64,000 bases of DNA from the NCBI GenBank assembly GCA_036172245.1, contig JAYWIR010000059.1:124001-188000 (forward strand). The letters are read 5' to 3'. This document shows positions 11,225 to 26,200 of the stretch, in pieces. Source of the stretch: Raillietiella orientalis. Taxonomy: Eukaryota. How positions within the stretch are numbered: position 1 is the stretch's first letter; each line of letters begins with the position of its first letter. The notes beneath the pieces are model-generated. The model saw only the letters and a list, made by a program, of their open reading frames with translations, did no database searches and was not told the DNA's origin. Both the position numbers and the translations under genes were made by a program.

Positions 11225-14200
11225 GTACGCCACTGGGATTTCGATTTTCGGGATAATTCCGGTTTTCGTAAAAACCTCCGGAGAGAACCGTCACCTGGGT
11301 TTCGGCTCATCCTTGGCGACGATTCCCTTAAGTCGCACCTTCGGTGCGCGGCCGCCAGGCTCGCCGTCTCGAATCCCGTTATTTCCCGGGAGTTATTCGA
11401 AAACACGAGAGATGATGGATGATGTTGGCACTCCTGCGAATATTCCCTCACAAAGATTGACACGAATGATGGCTGGCTCTTTGATTAAGTCCATTGAGAT
11501 CATCGAGAACAACTGGATGACGGATGTGAATATCTAGAAATGCAGCGAAAGACCCAGGAAGTTCGCTCTCGGCAGCTCCGAAGGAGGAAGGGGGAGGGAG
11601 GGGAGGCAACCAACCAACTCGACCACTGCTGAAGGAAACGCGAAAGAGTTTTCGTGTTCCATCGATTAAACAAAAAACGACGTGCGTGCAGAGGAGCATC
11701 GGGACGCTGGCAACAAGAGACCTGCTGCTGAAACGAAGTCAGAAAGGGGAAACGACCAGAAGAACGAAGAAATTCTCGTCCTCAGCTCGGATCGTTGGCA
11801 GCATGCGGGAAATGAGGCCTTTCCCGCAGCCGACCCGCTGCTACGTTGGTCGTCATGGTCATCGAACAGCGTTTTGCCAGAGCGTTGCCAAGGAGATAGT
11901 TTGCGGCGTTTTTCGGCCTGAGAGAGCAGCAGTCCCCAAAGCAGTCCACCTCTCCAGATGATTTTCTCTTGTCAAACCGCTTGGGAAGCTTTTCAAGGAC
12001 ACATCTCTGAAAATCGCCTCGTTGGTGAGCTATCCTCAACACGAGCACGAAAACGTTAAACTTCATTGGGAATTTTCTTTTTTTTTTTGCCTTTCGAGAC
12101 TTCACACCTCTTTTTCTGCGAGCCATTCTTCCGATCGTTCGTTGGTTTCTCGAATTGCCTGGATCATTGACATCATCTCTGTCTCAAAGATACTCTTGCT
12201 CCTTGTCCTCTAAAGGAGTTTGGGAAAAGAGCATCCTTAGCTCAAGTAGAGAAGAAACTGAATAGGCGAAGTTGGAATTCTTCGTATGTGTATCTACCTG
12301 TCCCTTCATATGCTGCGCCTGATTCTTGGGGGGGGGAAGGGGGGGGGGATCTCTGCAACAAGCTCCCATCAAGTTTCTCGCCTCGAAAATGCCTCCGGGA
12401 GCACGTGGCAAATGCTACTGGAAAAAATTCGATCTAACTTCGACTTCCGCCATACAAGGTAGCAGAGCGCTGCATCCGAAAAGAACTTTCTTTCCCCCGT
12501 TACCATGAGTAGCGCGTTTTACGAACAATCATAGGAATTATCCCGAATGAAGAAAAAGGGACGTGGGTATGAACCAGAGTGCATGTGCGGCGACTATAAA
12601 TAGCATGTCGATCCAGTCCAGTATAGACACAGATAAGATGAGGGATGTTCGGAAAACAAATAAAAATAAACGTGTTTCGAATTCGAAAGACTCCAGCGTC
12701 TGAAACTCAGTCCGTTCCTTTCCTTCCTCAAGAGGCTTAAGCAACAAGTTTCGTCAGCCCGAACCCGCTCTCCTTCGAATCCAGAAACACTGGGGTCAAA
12801 GCAGCTAGTGAGCAGACGGTGGTGTGGATCTCCAGCTCGTTTCGTGTCTTCGGGAGCGATTGCTCCAACATCACCGTTCTCTACAACTCATCGCACCCAG
12901 CACTCTTTTCTAGCAGTGAACCGGAACCTATTCTATCTGCCTCTTGATTCCAAATCATCACGTATGTCTTGTAACAAATTCTCATCTGTTTTCTCCGAGT
13001 GCCTCCCTCACGGCTCAAGCATCAGGCGTTTTCCTTCCGAGTATGTTGCTTCGCGAGATGTTCATCATTTTCGAATCTGTTTAAAAAGTCAACTCAACTC
13101 GCGGAAAAGGCATGAAAATTTTCCCTTCCGTTCGATTTTTCCAAAGGATAGGAGAAGTGGGAGATCCTATGACAGGGAGACAGTCCCCTGCTCTTTAGCA
13201 CCTATTTCGAATTGGTGCTGAGAGAGTACAGAGGGACTCTGCCTCACCTGCTGCGCGAATGCCCCGGTACGCCTGCCGTGGCGGCATATGCGGGCGATCT
13301 TCTGCTGCTGCTCCCCATGTCCACCTCGGCTTCGGCGGTCGAGGGCTTCTTCGACCTGCTGAGCTGCGGGAAGGGACTACGGGTGAACCGGGTGAAGTCG
13401 TCCGTGATACCAGTTGGTGCGGCGTGGGCAGGGCAGCAGAACTGGCTCCGCTTGGAAATCCGAAGTACTTGAAGCTTGAAGTACCTTGGCTTCGGTTGGG
13501 AGGACTTCTGCATTGCAGAAGCCTGGTCCGGCCGTCTCCAGAAACAGGGCAGTTGCTCAGTCCGTTCCAAGGAGGCAGGATTCACTTGCCGGAATGGGCC
13601 GCGGTGTGGAACACTTTCGTTGTCCTCCTCCTCCGCCCTCTGCTTTTTGTTTGCCCCCTGTCGGAAAGCATAAAAAAACGGATAAAGGATCTCCTCAGGA
13701 TCGCCCGTTTGGGAGCACAGGGAAGTCGTGGGTTGGTTTCAAGGATTTATGTGCTCTGGTTCGGGACGGCCTCGGCACCCTGACACTGGAGCGAATGGAG
13801 CTGCAGCTCCAGTTTAGGATCCTCGTCCTCGTGGCGAAGCTGTAGAGCACCACCCGGTGCGAACCTGCGAGCCTCCTCGTCCAACAAGCCACGAGTCCAG
13901 CAAGATCATGTGATGCTTTTGTATGTCATCTGGCTGACAGTGTCAATGTCTTGCCAACCGGCGCGAATCGATGATCCGGTGGCAGTGATTCTTCCATGTG
14001 AGGAGCTATCGAAGAGCAGCGATCTCTCATAACCACGATAGAAAACATGAGTGCATTTTCGTGGACTCCCGGAGCACCATCATCCTTTCTTCCATCGTCT
14101 CGCAAAGGGGCTGGGTTCATCTCAAAGCGCAAAAACTGTGCCAATTTTCTTGAGCCATCGACTGCGCTCTCATCACCCACTGGTTATTCGTGCCTGGGTT

Positions 14201-17200
14201 GACCCTCAAAAAATGAAATGCTGACTGCTGAAATACTTTTTCTGGAAGATGCCTCGTCAGCGTTTGGTCCCTTTGCTGCTCACGAACTGCTGCATCTATG
14301 CTCTCAAAGAACGATTGCCACAGAAAGGGAAAGCCGCAAACGCTTGCGCCTCCGAAAGAGTCTACGCTGGACCGTTTTCGTACCACTCTCCCTCATGACT
14401 GGGACGAATGGCAAATCGCATCCATGCCAAAGTTCATGCATCATCATGTACTCGAGAGGCTTAGCACCTCAGCACTCGGAGGTCAGCCTGTCGTGAACTC
14501 AAGTCCTTTAACTGGTTCCCTCGAGGGCACCAAATCACCGCAGGAGATGAAACACAAGACGGTAAAGACAGGGAAAGGGTGGACAGCGGTGCAACGGACC
14601 TGCATTCCTATGAAGCTTCTAGTTAAGTGACCGGGCTTGCCGCCACACGGTCCTGGGACAGGACTGCGATTGAAGATTCGCAATAAACAATCAGGGCAGT
14701 AGCGCCCCAGGGTCATTCGTCATTCGAAAACTCCCAGCAGGTCGGACGGACCTGCTGGAAAGGAGGACCTCTAACGAGGTCCGCAGCGAATGGATCAGAA
14801 GACAACTGCACTGAAAGCAGCTGTTGATGTTTTCGCTGCTTTCCTTCCAGCTATTTTTTGGGGAGTTGGGGAAGGGGGAATTCTTTTTTTGGTTCGCTAT
14901 GTGCTGAAGAGCCATTCGCCTTCTTAGGGGGACTCGCAAAGCCCTCCTTAAGGAGACTTCTGTTCCATGCCACTCGAGGGTGCGTGTAACTCTTCAAGTT
15001 ATAAGGGATAACTCGGAAGGATATCACCCTATGAATCCAGAAGGGGCTCCGGAAGGAGGAGTGCTTCTTCTTAAGTATGGTAGGGAATCCGGAAGAAAAC
15101 CTCTCCGGAGGGATGACACTTCTCGTTTCTTCATCGAAGGGAACCCGCAAGGAATCCGCTCCTTGTTACTCCCCTGAAGAGAACCCCCAAAGAGACGCTT
15201 CCCAATTTCTTTGAAGGGTCGCACCCCGAAGGAAGCAGCGCGCTTCTTACATCTTGGAGAGTCGACCTTCTGGGAGGGGAGAGCTCCTTGGTACGGCTCC
15301 ATTTTCACAACCGGAGGATAACCCGAAGGGAACCGATGTCTTGGTTCCTGGAAGGATCTTGGCGGGTCAACTTCCTAATCCCGGACGGTCAACGGAGGCA
15401 TCCGGTTTCCGGCTGCTTCCGCCAGTGTCGCACTCGAAGCCTGTAGGCCAACCAGTGTCGTCTTGAGGGAGGAGGGACTCGAACTCCCACGACTTGGCGT
15501 CCATCCTCCATGTGGGAATTCGAACCCGCAACTCTTCGTACCACGCGCAGATTCCGCAGCCCTGCGGCAGCCAGCGCAGGCGAGCTGTTAATGCAGGCTG
15601 GGCTTTCACAACCTTTCAAGAATCTTCTTATTCACGATCTGGTTGCGGAAAATGACTGAACTGAGGGCAAGAGAAGGACGAGGGAGGACCATGAGCATTG
15701 CTCTGGGCGTACGAATGTCGAAACTCAACTCGGAACTCAAGTGCACCCTTGACTGGAGGATTCCGAGCACCGAACGACCAGAAGGCCGCAGCTGATGATT
15801 TCGAATGATTTTTTCTGGAAATCTATATTCAATTCGACGTCATCTCCTCCATTGTTCTCGAGGTGCTTCTCGTTCCCAATATCTTTTTCAGTGCTGCAGG
15901 CGCTTCCTTGTTTACTTGACATTTTCCAGTCTCTAGAGTGTGGTGGTTTCTGATTGGCTCTCGTGTGGAGGGATGGAGGCGTTGCATTTTGTCCCACCAT
16001 TTCTCTAACTGCGCAGCTTTATTGTTGTTTGTTTGCAGCCAGGTCAACCCGGGACGTTGATCTGAATTAAATAAACATACATATGCCTAATACATTGAAT
16101 ATATGGAACGTCGACGCGGTCTGCTGTGAAGAAAACAAGTAGAATGGAACGGAAAAAAGGGAAAGCAGGCACATACACATACAAGTACACACACGGAATA
16201 AGATAAATAAATAAAGATCAGGAATCACCGGGATAAAATGTTCTTGTCACCTGGAGGTATCCTCTTTCATTTACGATAGGTAAAGGTGAAGCTATCCTGC
16301 TGTCATCGTCATCTTGGGGGTGGGTTGGCTGAAGAGACGAAGTCTTCGTTGGTCCTGAGGCTTCGTCGTTGTTTTCAACCCGGCCACATTAAATTAAATG
16401 TCTGCCGCGACGTCCGCGTGTCTTGGAGGTACGGTTCGGGGAACGCCGACACACAGGTCGGTGGCTGAGAGGGAGAGAAAGAACGCGCTCAGTTGAGAAG
16501 GGGCTGGGGGGTCAATTAAGGATAAATAAATAAACACATGATGGATGCAGAGCGTTCGACGTTTCCGGGAAATGAGGGGAGGGGGAGTCATCGGATTTCC
16601 GTCCTGGGTCATTCTTATGGCCTTCTCCCGATCCAGGAGGCGCCCTTGTTGATTTCGAGACGGTGGTGTGGGCCATCTTGGCAGCCTCCATGTAGGGGAT
16701 GGGACGAAGCGACCAGCTATCCCCCGGTGCTGCCTCTGCTTGACCGCGTGGCGGTTGGCGTAGCATCGACGGCGGCCGCGAGTCCTTGCGGAGCTGAGGA
16801 ACCGTCGCGGAAGCTGCCGAGGGGATTCCTCCGAATACAGGAGGAGGGCTGCGGCCACTCGTTGCCATCCGCTGTGGGAAAACTCGCGGTCCAGAAGCAG
16901 GTGCAGATCAACCTCTCCACACCTGTCACAGTTAGGGGACGCGTGTCCGCTCGTCCAGGGCTGCCGGCGCTGGTCGCACGGGAGCCCCCGATTCAAAAAG
17001 ATTGACTCGCGTGTCGCCACCCGGAGGGGAAGCAACGAACCTTCCCGGAGGATGGTGATGACCACCAGTTCATCCAGGAGGATGTCAAGATTGTCTGCAG
17101 GCCTTCGCAGTTGACGGCTAAGGGCTGGTCCGTGACAGGGGCTGGAGGGTGGGAGTGAGGACTTTCTTGGGCAGGTTCATCTCCACAGTTCAACCTTTCG

Positions 17201-20200
17201 TTCTGCGCTACGGGTTTCTGCCGCTGGGCCAAGCCCGGTCGCTCGAGTTTTGTCCTTGCTCAAGGCTGATGGTTGGTCTGATCTTCCTCTGAAGAATCGA
17301 CCACATGGGGGTGTGTTCGGTCATTTGAAAAAGGGTTGTCAGTTTAGTATCCAGATATCTCCAGGCAATGTTCGACATCAGAGGATGCCAGCAACTTGCT
17401 GAGCTGATGCATTCTTGGACTTTCTAGCTCTTTCAGTTCTTCATCTTCCCTGGGAACCCAAGATCTCAGTGAGCCAACTACAATCATGAGAAGGGTGACG
17501 CTTGGGTTCCCGAAGACGAAGGGAAAAGCTCGTGTTCCCAATATCTTCCCAGTCTCATAACTCAGTACCCATGAGCACAGGAAGTGATTCCTCTTCTCTG
17601 GAGGATCTCATCAAAGCACTTTCCTATTTCGCACAAGCGTTCAGTTTGCCATGAGACCAAAAACAGAAGCTCGAATTATTCCGCTCCGTCGATGCCTCTT
17701 TCCCCCGTCTCATCGTGGAACCGTCTCGCCGAACTCCCGAAACAGACGAGGAAAAGATCTAGCATTCCTTCCCTCTCTGATCAGCACATCTGACCTGCTC
17801 TTCAGAGCTTCTTGATCGGTCGTGTGCAGGGACTTACATCTGCACCTGCATCCTCTTTCCTCTGCATCTCTCCGTTCATCTCCTCTCTCAATCAGCGGAT
17901 CTCTCGGATGAGAGCAGAAGGATTTTCTCCGGGACACAAGCAGGAACGCGCTCTTCCGGAAAGACCACTCGGGAGTTTCTGACCCTCTAAAAGTGCGAGC
18001 GCAAGCGTTTCGGGTTCGACCCCGAGTACATCCTTGCAAATTACACGTCAATCAATCTCTCCCTGGCGCCAACGCGGCAAAAATCTTTGGCGAAGTCCCT
18101 GACAAATGCTCTCTCCGTGTATCCCAGAACTCCCACGTGAAGGCTGTGAGAAAGGCATTCATATACAAACTCAGAAGTAGAGTGAGGAGGATCGACTGGT
18201 GCCGACCTCTCAGGTACAGGTCGCCCCCCGGAAAAATAACAGCACTGGCCAGTTTTCCTGGGTCCGGGAACACGTGGGTTCGATATCTCTTGCAGCAGGC
18301 CACAGGTAAGGGTGGGTTGCTGCTTGCTTGTTTGCTTTCTTTTCTACCAAGTCTGGACCCGAGACGGAGGGGGGTGCCTGTCGGTAGCCGAACCACCTAA
18401 TATCCGTGGTGAACGCAAGGCCAGCTTCGCGAGATCGAGATTAGCTCGCGCCACCGTGCGCGTGGCCTTCCGAAGGCGGTTGGAGGGTCCCCTCCGTCCG
18501 GCTCCACAGCTTCCCGCGGCTGCCCGCCCGCATGCTGTTCGGGCCGGATGAATTCGCAGGTTTCCTCCTCGCGCGTGCGAGCCCGGGGTCAAGGGAAGGT
18601 GTCTCCGGGCACCTCCCGTCGGGCAGCGCTCTCTCTTCCTTCCGTCCTGGAGAGCTCTCTGCTTGCTGATCGCCGCTCGGCATCCGGAAACGCTCGAGGG
18701 GGACTCCGGGAGCGCGCGAGGCACGCCAGGAAAAAAAAGGACCTGCAGGTCATTCGTTTTTTGGATTCACGCTCCTGCCGTCCGTCCTTTTCGTTTTCGA
18801 GCAGCTGCGCACTGGCTGGTCCCGATTGAATCGGGAGACTGCGCTCTTCCTCTCGCGCGCCTTTTCGGGCGCGCTTGGAGCAGCCCTCAGGAAGACTTGT
18901 CGGAAGGCACCGTCCGACCTTTGCCCTCGACCTGTTCCCACCTTGCCCCTTTTGGATTCTTGAAAAGCTTCCAGTGGAATGTTCACTCCTCCCTCTCCTC
19001 CCGGTTCTCTCTTTAGCAAAGCTTTCGCCCATAAGATGGATCAAATCTCCCCTCCCCTCCTCAAATCTTGGTTTCCTGCATCACATCTCTTTCTTTCACC
19101 TTACCATAAAATAAATCCTTTCTCTTTCTCACTCACGAGTGCTGTGCTGGAATGCTACGTCTTCTGCAGCGTTCGCTCTTGGTCTGCCCAATCATCCCAC
19201 CCATGCCCAGCTGCTCCCAAGATCGAAACCGCGGACTTCACGAAGGCTGAGTCATCTTTTCGTGGCAACTTTTGATCTTGGAAGAGCATCGCGTGATGCC
19301 CGAGACCATCCGGGAACCACGAGAATCACGAAATCCCAGCTCATTGCTTCACTGCTTGGACCAGTGACCCGAAGCACTCCCGAGACCCTTGGTTGTCAGT
19401 GCTCGAAGAAGCAGACAGCCGTGCAAGGAGACCATGAAATCGTCGTTGGAGACCTCGAGAGCACAGAATCCATAAGAGCGCAATTAGCAGGTCCGGGGAA
19501 GCCACGAGCGAAACCGGACTTTTCTCAGATAATCATGACGAAGCCGGTGGAACTTCGGTGCAGCTCTTTCAACTTCCTGGTCCATCACTATGCAGACGGA
19601 ATTGAAATCGACTGCTCGCATCTTTATAATAACCTGAGCTTCGAGAGCAAATGTTCGAGACAGAGGGGGCGTTCGTATCGCAGGAGAGATTCGACCTTCC
19701 TCAATTCTGTTCGCGAGCACCCCACCATCTAGCGTCTAGGGCCCTCCAGGCTTTCGAAGGCAACAATCGGTAAAGTGGAATGACATCTGGAGGGCAAATG
19801 ACTCGAATGACGCCCATCACCTGAAGCGCGAAGAAAACTCCTGAAAGCAGGAATTGGGACAACCTCAGAAGCCACTGCAGTAATTCTGCTGGCACTTTGA
19901 ATGTTCGGATGGCAGAGTAACAAACAGCATAACAGTGCAGCTTCCCTTTCTGTAACGCGAAAGCTGATTGAGAATCGACATTTCGGAAGTGAGGGAGAAG
20001 GGAGGCTGGCCGAAGCATTGCCGACTCGTTTCGCTCGGAGTTTCAGGGGGCGCGAGAGGTCCCTGAACACGACCGCGAGTTGCTGTCGAGGAAATGCTCC
20101 AGAGCTTTCCTCTTGGGCAAGCGCGAGCTGCCCCTCAGCCGCTGAAGCAACGGCCATGTCTGAGCCACTGGAGGCGAACGAACAAGCAGCGTCCGAATTT

Positions 20201-23200
20201 ACCACCTGCGAAAACTGCGCTTGCGAGCTCATCGATAGAGGTGGCGGCGGTCTTGCACCCGTATCCGTGTGGTCGACAGCTTGGCTCTCTTTTTCAGCAG
20301 CTACCACTCACTCCTCGCTCAAAAGGCCTCATAAGTGTATATGTTTTCCTTTTTCAGGTTTGCTTACAGGAAGCATTTACAAAGACTCATTCCTCGCATA
20401 CCACGGCTTTCCTGCGGAAGGAGTTCTGAACGGTTCCGTTCTTACGGTGAAAACTCATGAATGGGGATACAAAGCCAGCGAACAGTTTGACGCTGTGATC
20501 TTTTTGATCCGTGACCCATATGCTGCTCTGCTGTCCGAATTCAACCGCCGATCTGGTGGACACATTGGTCACGCAGCACCGCAAAATTTCATCAAGAACG
20601 AAGGGAAAAGTAAGGCTTTTCTTACCCATAGACTCTAGGGCGAGATTCCGGAAGGTCGTTCTCGGACTTGAGTATCCCGTTTCGAATTGTGATGTTCGCA
20701 AGCTAATTGAAAGTGGGGGAGGGGGGGATGGACTGCCAATGGTGAAACTAGTGAGGTACGTTCGATATGTCAAGCATTGGAAAGTATTCTAGATGTGTGC
20801 TTCTTTGTCCTCGTGTTCCGGAGTACCATCTGTGGTCAGTGATTACGGAGCTGCATTGTGGAGGGGTCACGCTGCCTGCCTTGATTACCTCTAGTACCTC
20901 TAGTATACGCACAGCGTGATTCTTGCGTTAGCTTGAGAAACGGAAGCTTTCCTTTCCGAAAAAACATCTCTTCGATCCTCGGATTACGCAGATCGAATAG
21001 TTAAGATCTTGTCTACTGGCTCTCTGTACATTTTACGCTTTGTAGTGCACATAGACGTTCTACGAGCAAGGAGTGATCAGACTGACAGAAGAGGGCGGCT
21101 GCAAACACAAAATATATCAAACGAAGTTCTGCCAAGAATAACAAGGATGCTTTAAATGGCTTCTTTCGACTTTTATGTTGGAAGCGTTTGTGATAAGGAA
21201 GTGTTTAGGCGAAAAATAACGAAAATGCAAATTAGTCTTATTACCGAATCGCTACCGGAGGAAGGGGAAATGATAAACTAATGATGGATGCAGCACGGTC
21301 GGCTGTGATTTTAAACTAATTTGAAAGATACTGCCTATTTTTGCATTCTATTTCATGAGGATCCCGCCAAGAGATGAAATGCTAAAGACTTTGAAATTCT
21401 CTGGAAATGTGCCAGTGAGAAAGGGTGATTATAATTAGTCGTAGCTGAACGGAACTCTCCTCGGGCTCCACTAGATTGCAGAGAAAAACAAAGATTCCCC
21501 AAATGCGACTAATTCGGGACAGGAACAGATTTGTGCTTTCTTACCTAAAGGCAACGTGGGCGTCGGCGTCTCTGGATAACCCAGATACTTTAATATGGAC
21601 AGTGGACAAAAATAGGACCAAAGACTCCGACTCAGGGATAGACAAGCACATCACTTTCTTCGATTAGCAACTTCCGGGTCGTCAGATTTGGCAATGTCCC
21701 AATTCTGTGGCAATTACTGATGACTACGGTTAAAACAAGATCGAAAAGGACAGAAAATTTTCCCCCTGGCAACTTTAAAAATGATTGTGAAGCACTACGA
21801 ATCCCGAACACATCGGAAATGTCCCGAAGCTTTGAAGGAATTAAAAATTCGAAAATGACTTCAGGATTATAGATAGCAAACCCTCCTCCTCCCCTCCTCA
21901 CAACTAGTGACTGTTGAACTCTTGAGGAATCGCTATAAAGCCAATTACCTAATAAAGCGATCTTTCTCCTGAACCATTTTGATTAAACACTCTAGATGAC
22001 CTCCTATAAGCAAGAAAGGAGGCTGAAGAATTTAAAAACCAGTTCTTCCCAAATCAGATAGATCCAAGAAGTTTCTTATAATTACTATCAGTCTAATGCA
22101 GTCACGTCAAGTACAGAAAGTGATCCTTATCCGTACGCATCCATTTGCGTCTTTGCTCAGAACGCCGAGTCACACGATGTTGTGGAAACCAGGCCGCGGC
22201 TCGCCTGTTCTTCTGGGTAACTTTTGGATTATTTTCATACGCCTTGGTTCCTTGCAAAAAATGCCAGGTCAGCAGGGAGGAGATGGTGACAAATTCTTAA
22301 AGAGCAGATACTAACTAAAAACCGTACTTGCACACTCAAGAATCCCTTAATTCTGTGCACACATCAACATTTCTAATCCGCACGATACGCGCGCATCAGC
22401 ATCGAACATCAACTGTTCGAACGCGCTTCCAGTGTCAGACCGGACATAACCCGAGGACCGTGCTCTCCAAGAGAAGCAACGATCCCAAGGGGACGGTCGT
22501 GATGCCACCGTCTTCCAAGGCTATTTCTTGGGGATGACGTAGCAGAATGTCAGACACTTGATGACCCGGCCGTGAGATCCAGATGCATCAGCCTAATGCC
22601 AACTGCGGAATCTGCGGCATTAAAACGAACGCACACGTCTTTGCCACGAATTAACAATGGACATCCAAAAACACCATGCTTGACTTCTCAGACGTGTGTT
22701 CACTCGTGTCCGACCGAGGCTGAACTGCATGAGGGTTCTCGATTTTATCATTATTTACTGGGGTTTGCTCTTGGATGAGTTCCGATAGCCATAGATTTTT
22801 CGGAATCCTTGATGTAGGCAGTAAGGAGATCCCTAGGTCAGCCCTCTGCCTTTTCCACCACCCTATTTTTCCCCTATGGAGGATTTTCAAGCTGGCGTCT
22901 TCGGATTCATTTTCGTGGTACTCTTCGATGGAGTATTCAAGTGAAGAGATTTCTCACCACTCTGCTCTTCTCGATTGTCGGAAGAGCTTCGTTTTAACGT
23001 CTGTTTCCGTTGGAAATACGCGCTGCTTACTTATCATTTAACAAGGACAACTAAAAACCTTGCAAGCATGACCTTCTTCTGCGTCTTGCATGCGTGTGAC
23101 TCATTGCTGTGCGCCAAGTTACGGGATACCTGTATGAAGACGAAAGAACTTGACTCTAATCTGCACCTGCCGTGAAGCTGCATCGATGCAAGCTCGTATG

Positions 23201-26200
23201 ACCCCAGTGCAGCTATCATGTGTTGGAGAAGTGGAAATGGTAGCATGCGTCCATCGATCTAAAACCATATTTATTGACGAAAACTGTCGGATTGCAAAGA
23301 TGGATTTGAAAGGAGGCTGAGATCTGCATACTGAGGATGTTTATCATCAAGTCAGTTTGATGCATGCTAAATCCCCAAATAAAAGAGAAATGCACCAAGA
23401 GAACTGAATGGTTCATAATGGACCTTTAACAAAAGAAACCTTATCATAGGATACGGAACTTGTAGAAACTCGATAATAACGCTATTACATTCAGGGGACA
23501 GATTTTTACTGCGTCTCATTTTGCGAAGTCGGCATGACCCGATTGTAAGACTTGAGTCCTTTTGGAAGCCTGGAGATTTCTTAGCGATGGTTCAAAGGGG
23601 CAAGAAGAACGGGCTGCGGAGTTGAGTCTTTAAATTTGTAACAGCTAACTTTCTTTGGAAACCATAGTGCAGCAAAGTGGCATGAAGCAACAGGAAGAAC
23701 TCAGCAGCTTGCACAAGAGTTTCTTCCTCGATGAAAATTTTTCACCAAGGTTTTCAACAACAAGGTGTGCTTTTTACGTTCATGAGCATCTCCGTATCCG
23801 GTGCATTATTTGGGTGAGACAACCAGCACTTTCATTTTATAACATTAGGAAATACTGTCATTCCATAGCACTGAATGAAATGGCGTAAAAGATTTCCTAG
23901 TCCTTTGTAAAACTGCTTGTACCCACATGTGTTTCGCGAAAAGGCCACTCGTGGACGTCTCCGACTTTTTCTGTACGTCGAAGGTGATGCTGTTCGGATT
24001 TCACAATTCCAGACTCCAGGGATCTCGCACACACTGCTGTAGATGAGTCTCATTTGTCATGTTGAAAGTTCTGTAAGCGTGCAGATTTAAAGCAGCTTAC
24101 GGATGCTACATTTGCAGCAAAAGTACACAAGCTTGGCTTGTTGGTCTCATCTCCTTGGTAGCAATGGAAGCACTCTGCCTCACGTATTCCTCTACTCTTA
24201 CTGATCATTTATTTACTATTTTGTGTTTGCTCATCGCATCTGTTTTATTACCAAGGGATGGCATCTTTTTTTAATTTACATTCGTATATAGATTACTAGT
24301 GTATGCTGTTCGAATCTTGAAAGTGACCAGTGCAGGCCAGGTGACGACAGTCATAATGGGTTCAAACCCCGTTGTTTTTCGCCCATGCTTCTGCCTCGAC
24401 TCTAATTCAGGTGTTTTCGGACACACATAAAAGCACAAATTCTCTCTATCGAAACCCATGCATGAACAGATCCAAAAGATGCTGATCATGGGAAGAGCAG
24501 TTCCGTTCTTCACCCGGACTCCAACTCGATGAAGCCATTCGGACAGTCGAATAGGGGGATACGAAGATCTCGTCGGGAGATTCACACGACAAATCCATCA
24601 TGATTGAATTCCGTATTTGTTTTCTCTTGACAGCCCAACGCGAAGGCGGAATGCTTCTTGACAAAACTACAAAAAAAATCTTTACAGGACTCACTGCGAC
24701 AGCTTCGAAGGAAGAAAAAAAAAAGAAAAACAATTGGTTGACTTCAAAACAAACCAAAAATATCCAGCGAGCAATAGATCTCAGGATTCAGAATTCAGTC
24801 AATCAGTAAAGAGATGGGTTGTAAGTTTAGATTTACGATGAAAGATCCTTGTCGTGTCTGAGAGTTCCTTAAACATGCCAACGAAAACACCTGTGAATCG
24901 GAAGTTACACAGTGGCAGCGCCTCTTGATTGATGGGAAGTCTTCACAAGACTTTTCCCATCGGTTTCACTCCTTGAGTTGATTTTAGAAAGCCCAACCAT
25001 GCGAGAGTGGTTCTCTTTCGTTATTAAACGACTAACTACAGAGTCGTCAGACACTTTCTCCATGCTGTTCCAAACCAGTCAGCTTCTTGCAAGTGGGCAC
25101 TCCCTGTAAGGAGAAAGCTTGAAAAAGGTTTCCCCGTTGCTATCGACTGTCCTCATCCTTTGAAGCCGGAACTTTGATTTCTTGACACAGATGGTCTGAA
25201 AGAGGTATCCGAGCCACAATTTGAACATTTTCAACAGCTGAGATCGCGGAGCCAGCATGCGCACTCGTTTTCGCACAATTTTTATTTGCTGTAGGATAAA
25301 GTGATGGAACACTTCCGCCCGATTTGCTAACGGCCAGATGACTAGCCGTAAACGCATTTGTTATTGTTTTCGTTTCTTGGAAGCAGCAGCATTGCTCTTG
25401 CTGGGTTTTCTGATAGGTCCAATTAGGAAGATATCATCTCATCACCTGTAACAGCTCTTTGATGCATGAGGAGAAACAAAGCCACTCTTCCAAATACTAC
25501 TTCTTCAACGGATTGTCATTTGAATTCTATGATAACTTGAGTCAACAAGTGGCCCACCAGATGCCTTCTTACCTTCACCTGGGAGGATCAGTATAACAAC
25601 GAATGTGAACTTTCTGGAGTTAAAACATCGGCAAACAACAAAAATAGTCTCGTACGAGTCGGAGCATTTTAGCTGTATTTGCTGCCTTGACATTCCAATG
25701 AGAGTCTTGTTCTGGAGCCAGATCAACCTTAAAACATGCAATGATGAAAAAATAAATGATGAAAAGTTCAGAATGAATTCAACGGTGTCTTTTTTCAGCC
25801 ATCAGCTCACTGGAAAGAAGAATCATCGACGGAACAGCAGTCATATCTCAAGGTCAGCAAATGTTGAAACCACAGACAAATGTATATCACACATAGAAAC
25901 ATCCAGTATTTTCTCTGTACGCGAGAGCATCGTATCTTTAGATCTTGCACTCTAATGAACTTTACCAGCATTTCTTAAGAAAAGTGCATATCTCTTGCTG
26001 AATCCGAAGTTTGAAATAGACAAGAGTATTCTGGTAAATTCGTACACCGAATGGGAAATAATCTTCCGAATAGAAAGTAGGTAGTATTAGGGATTGATAG
26101 ATTGACTTTTTTTCAAGAATGGTTGTCTCTTGTATGACAGAGAGTTTGCTTTCCAAAAAGAAATTTTATTGATTCAGACAGCTTATGAAAATAAAAAGAG

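Noticed and set aside
16328..16352. Hammerhead-like CTGAAGA core (also CTGATGA at ~55166 and ~62212)
   Set aside because: No stem II followed by GAAA and no matching stems I/III.
19500..19650. HHYADG as an RT catalytic motif remnant
   Set aside because: Isolated motif with no supporting flanking RT motifs that I could read.
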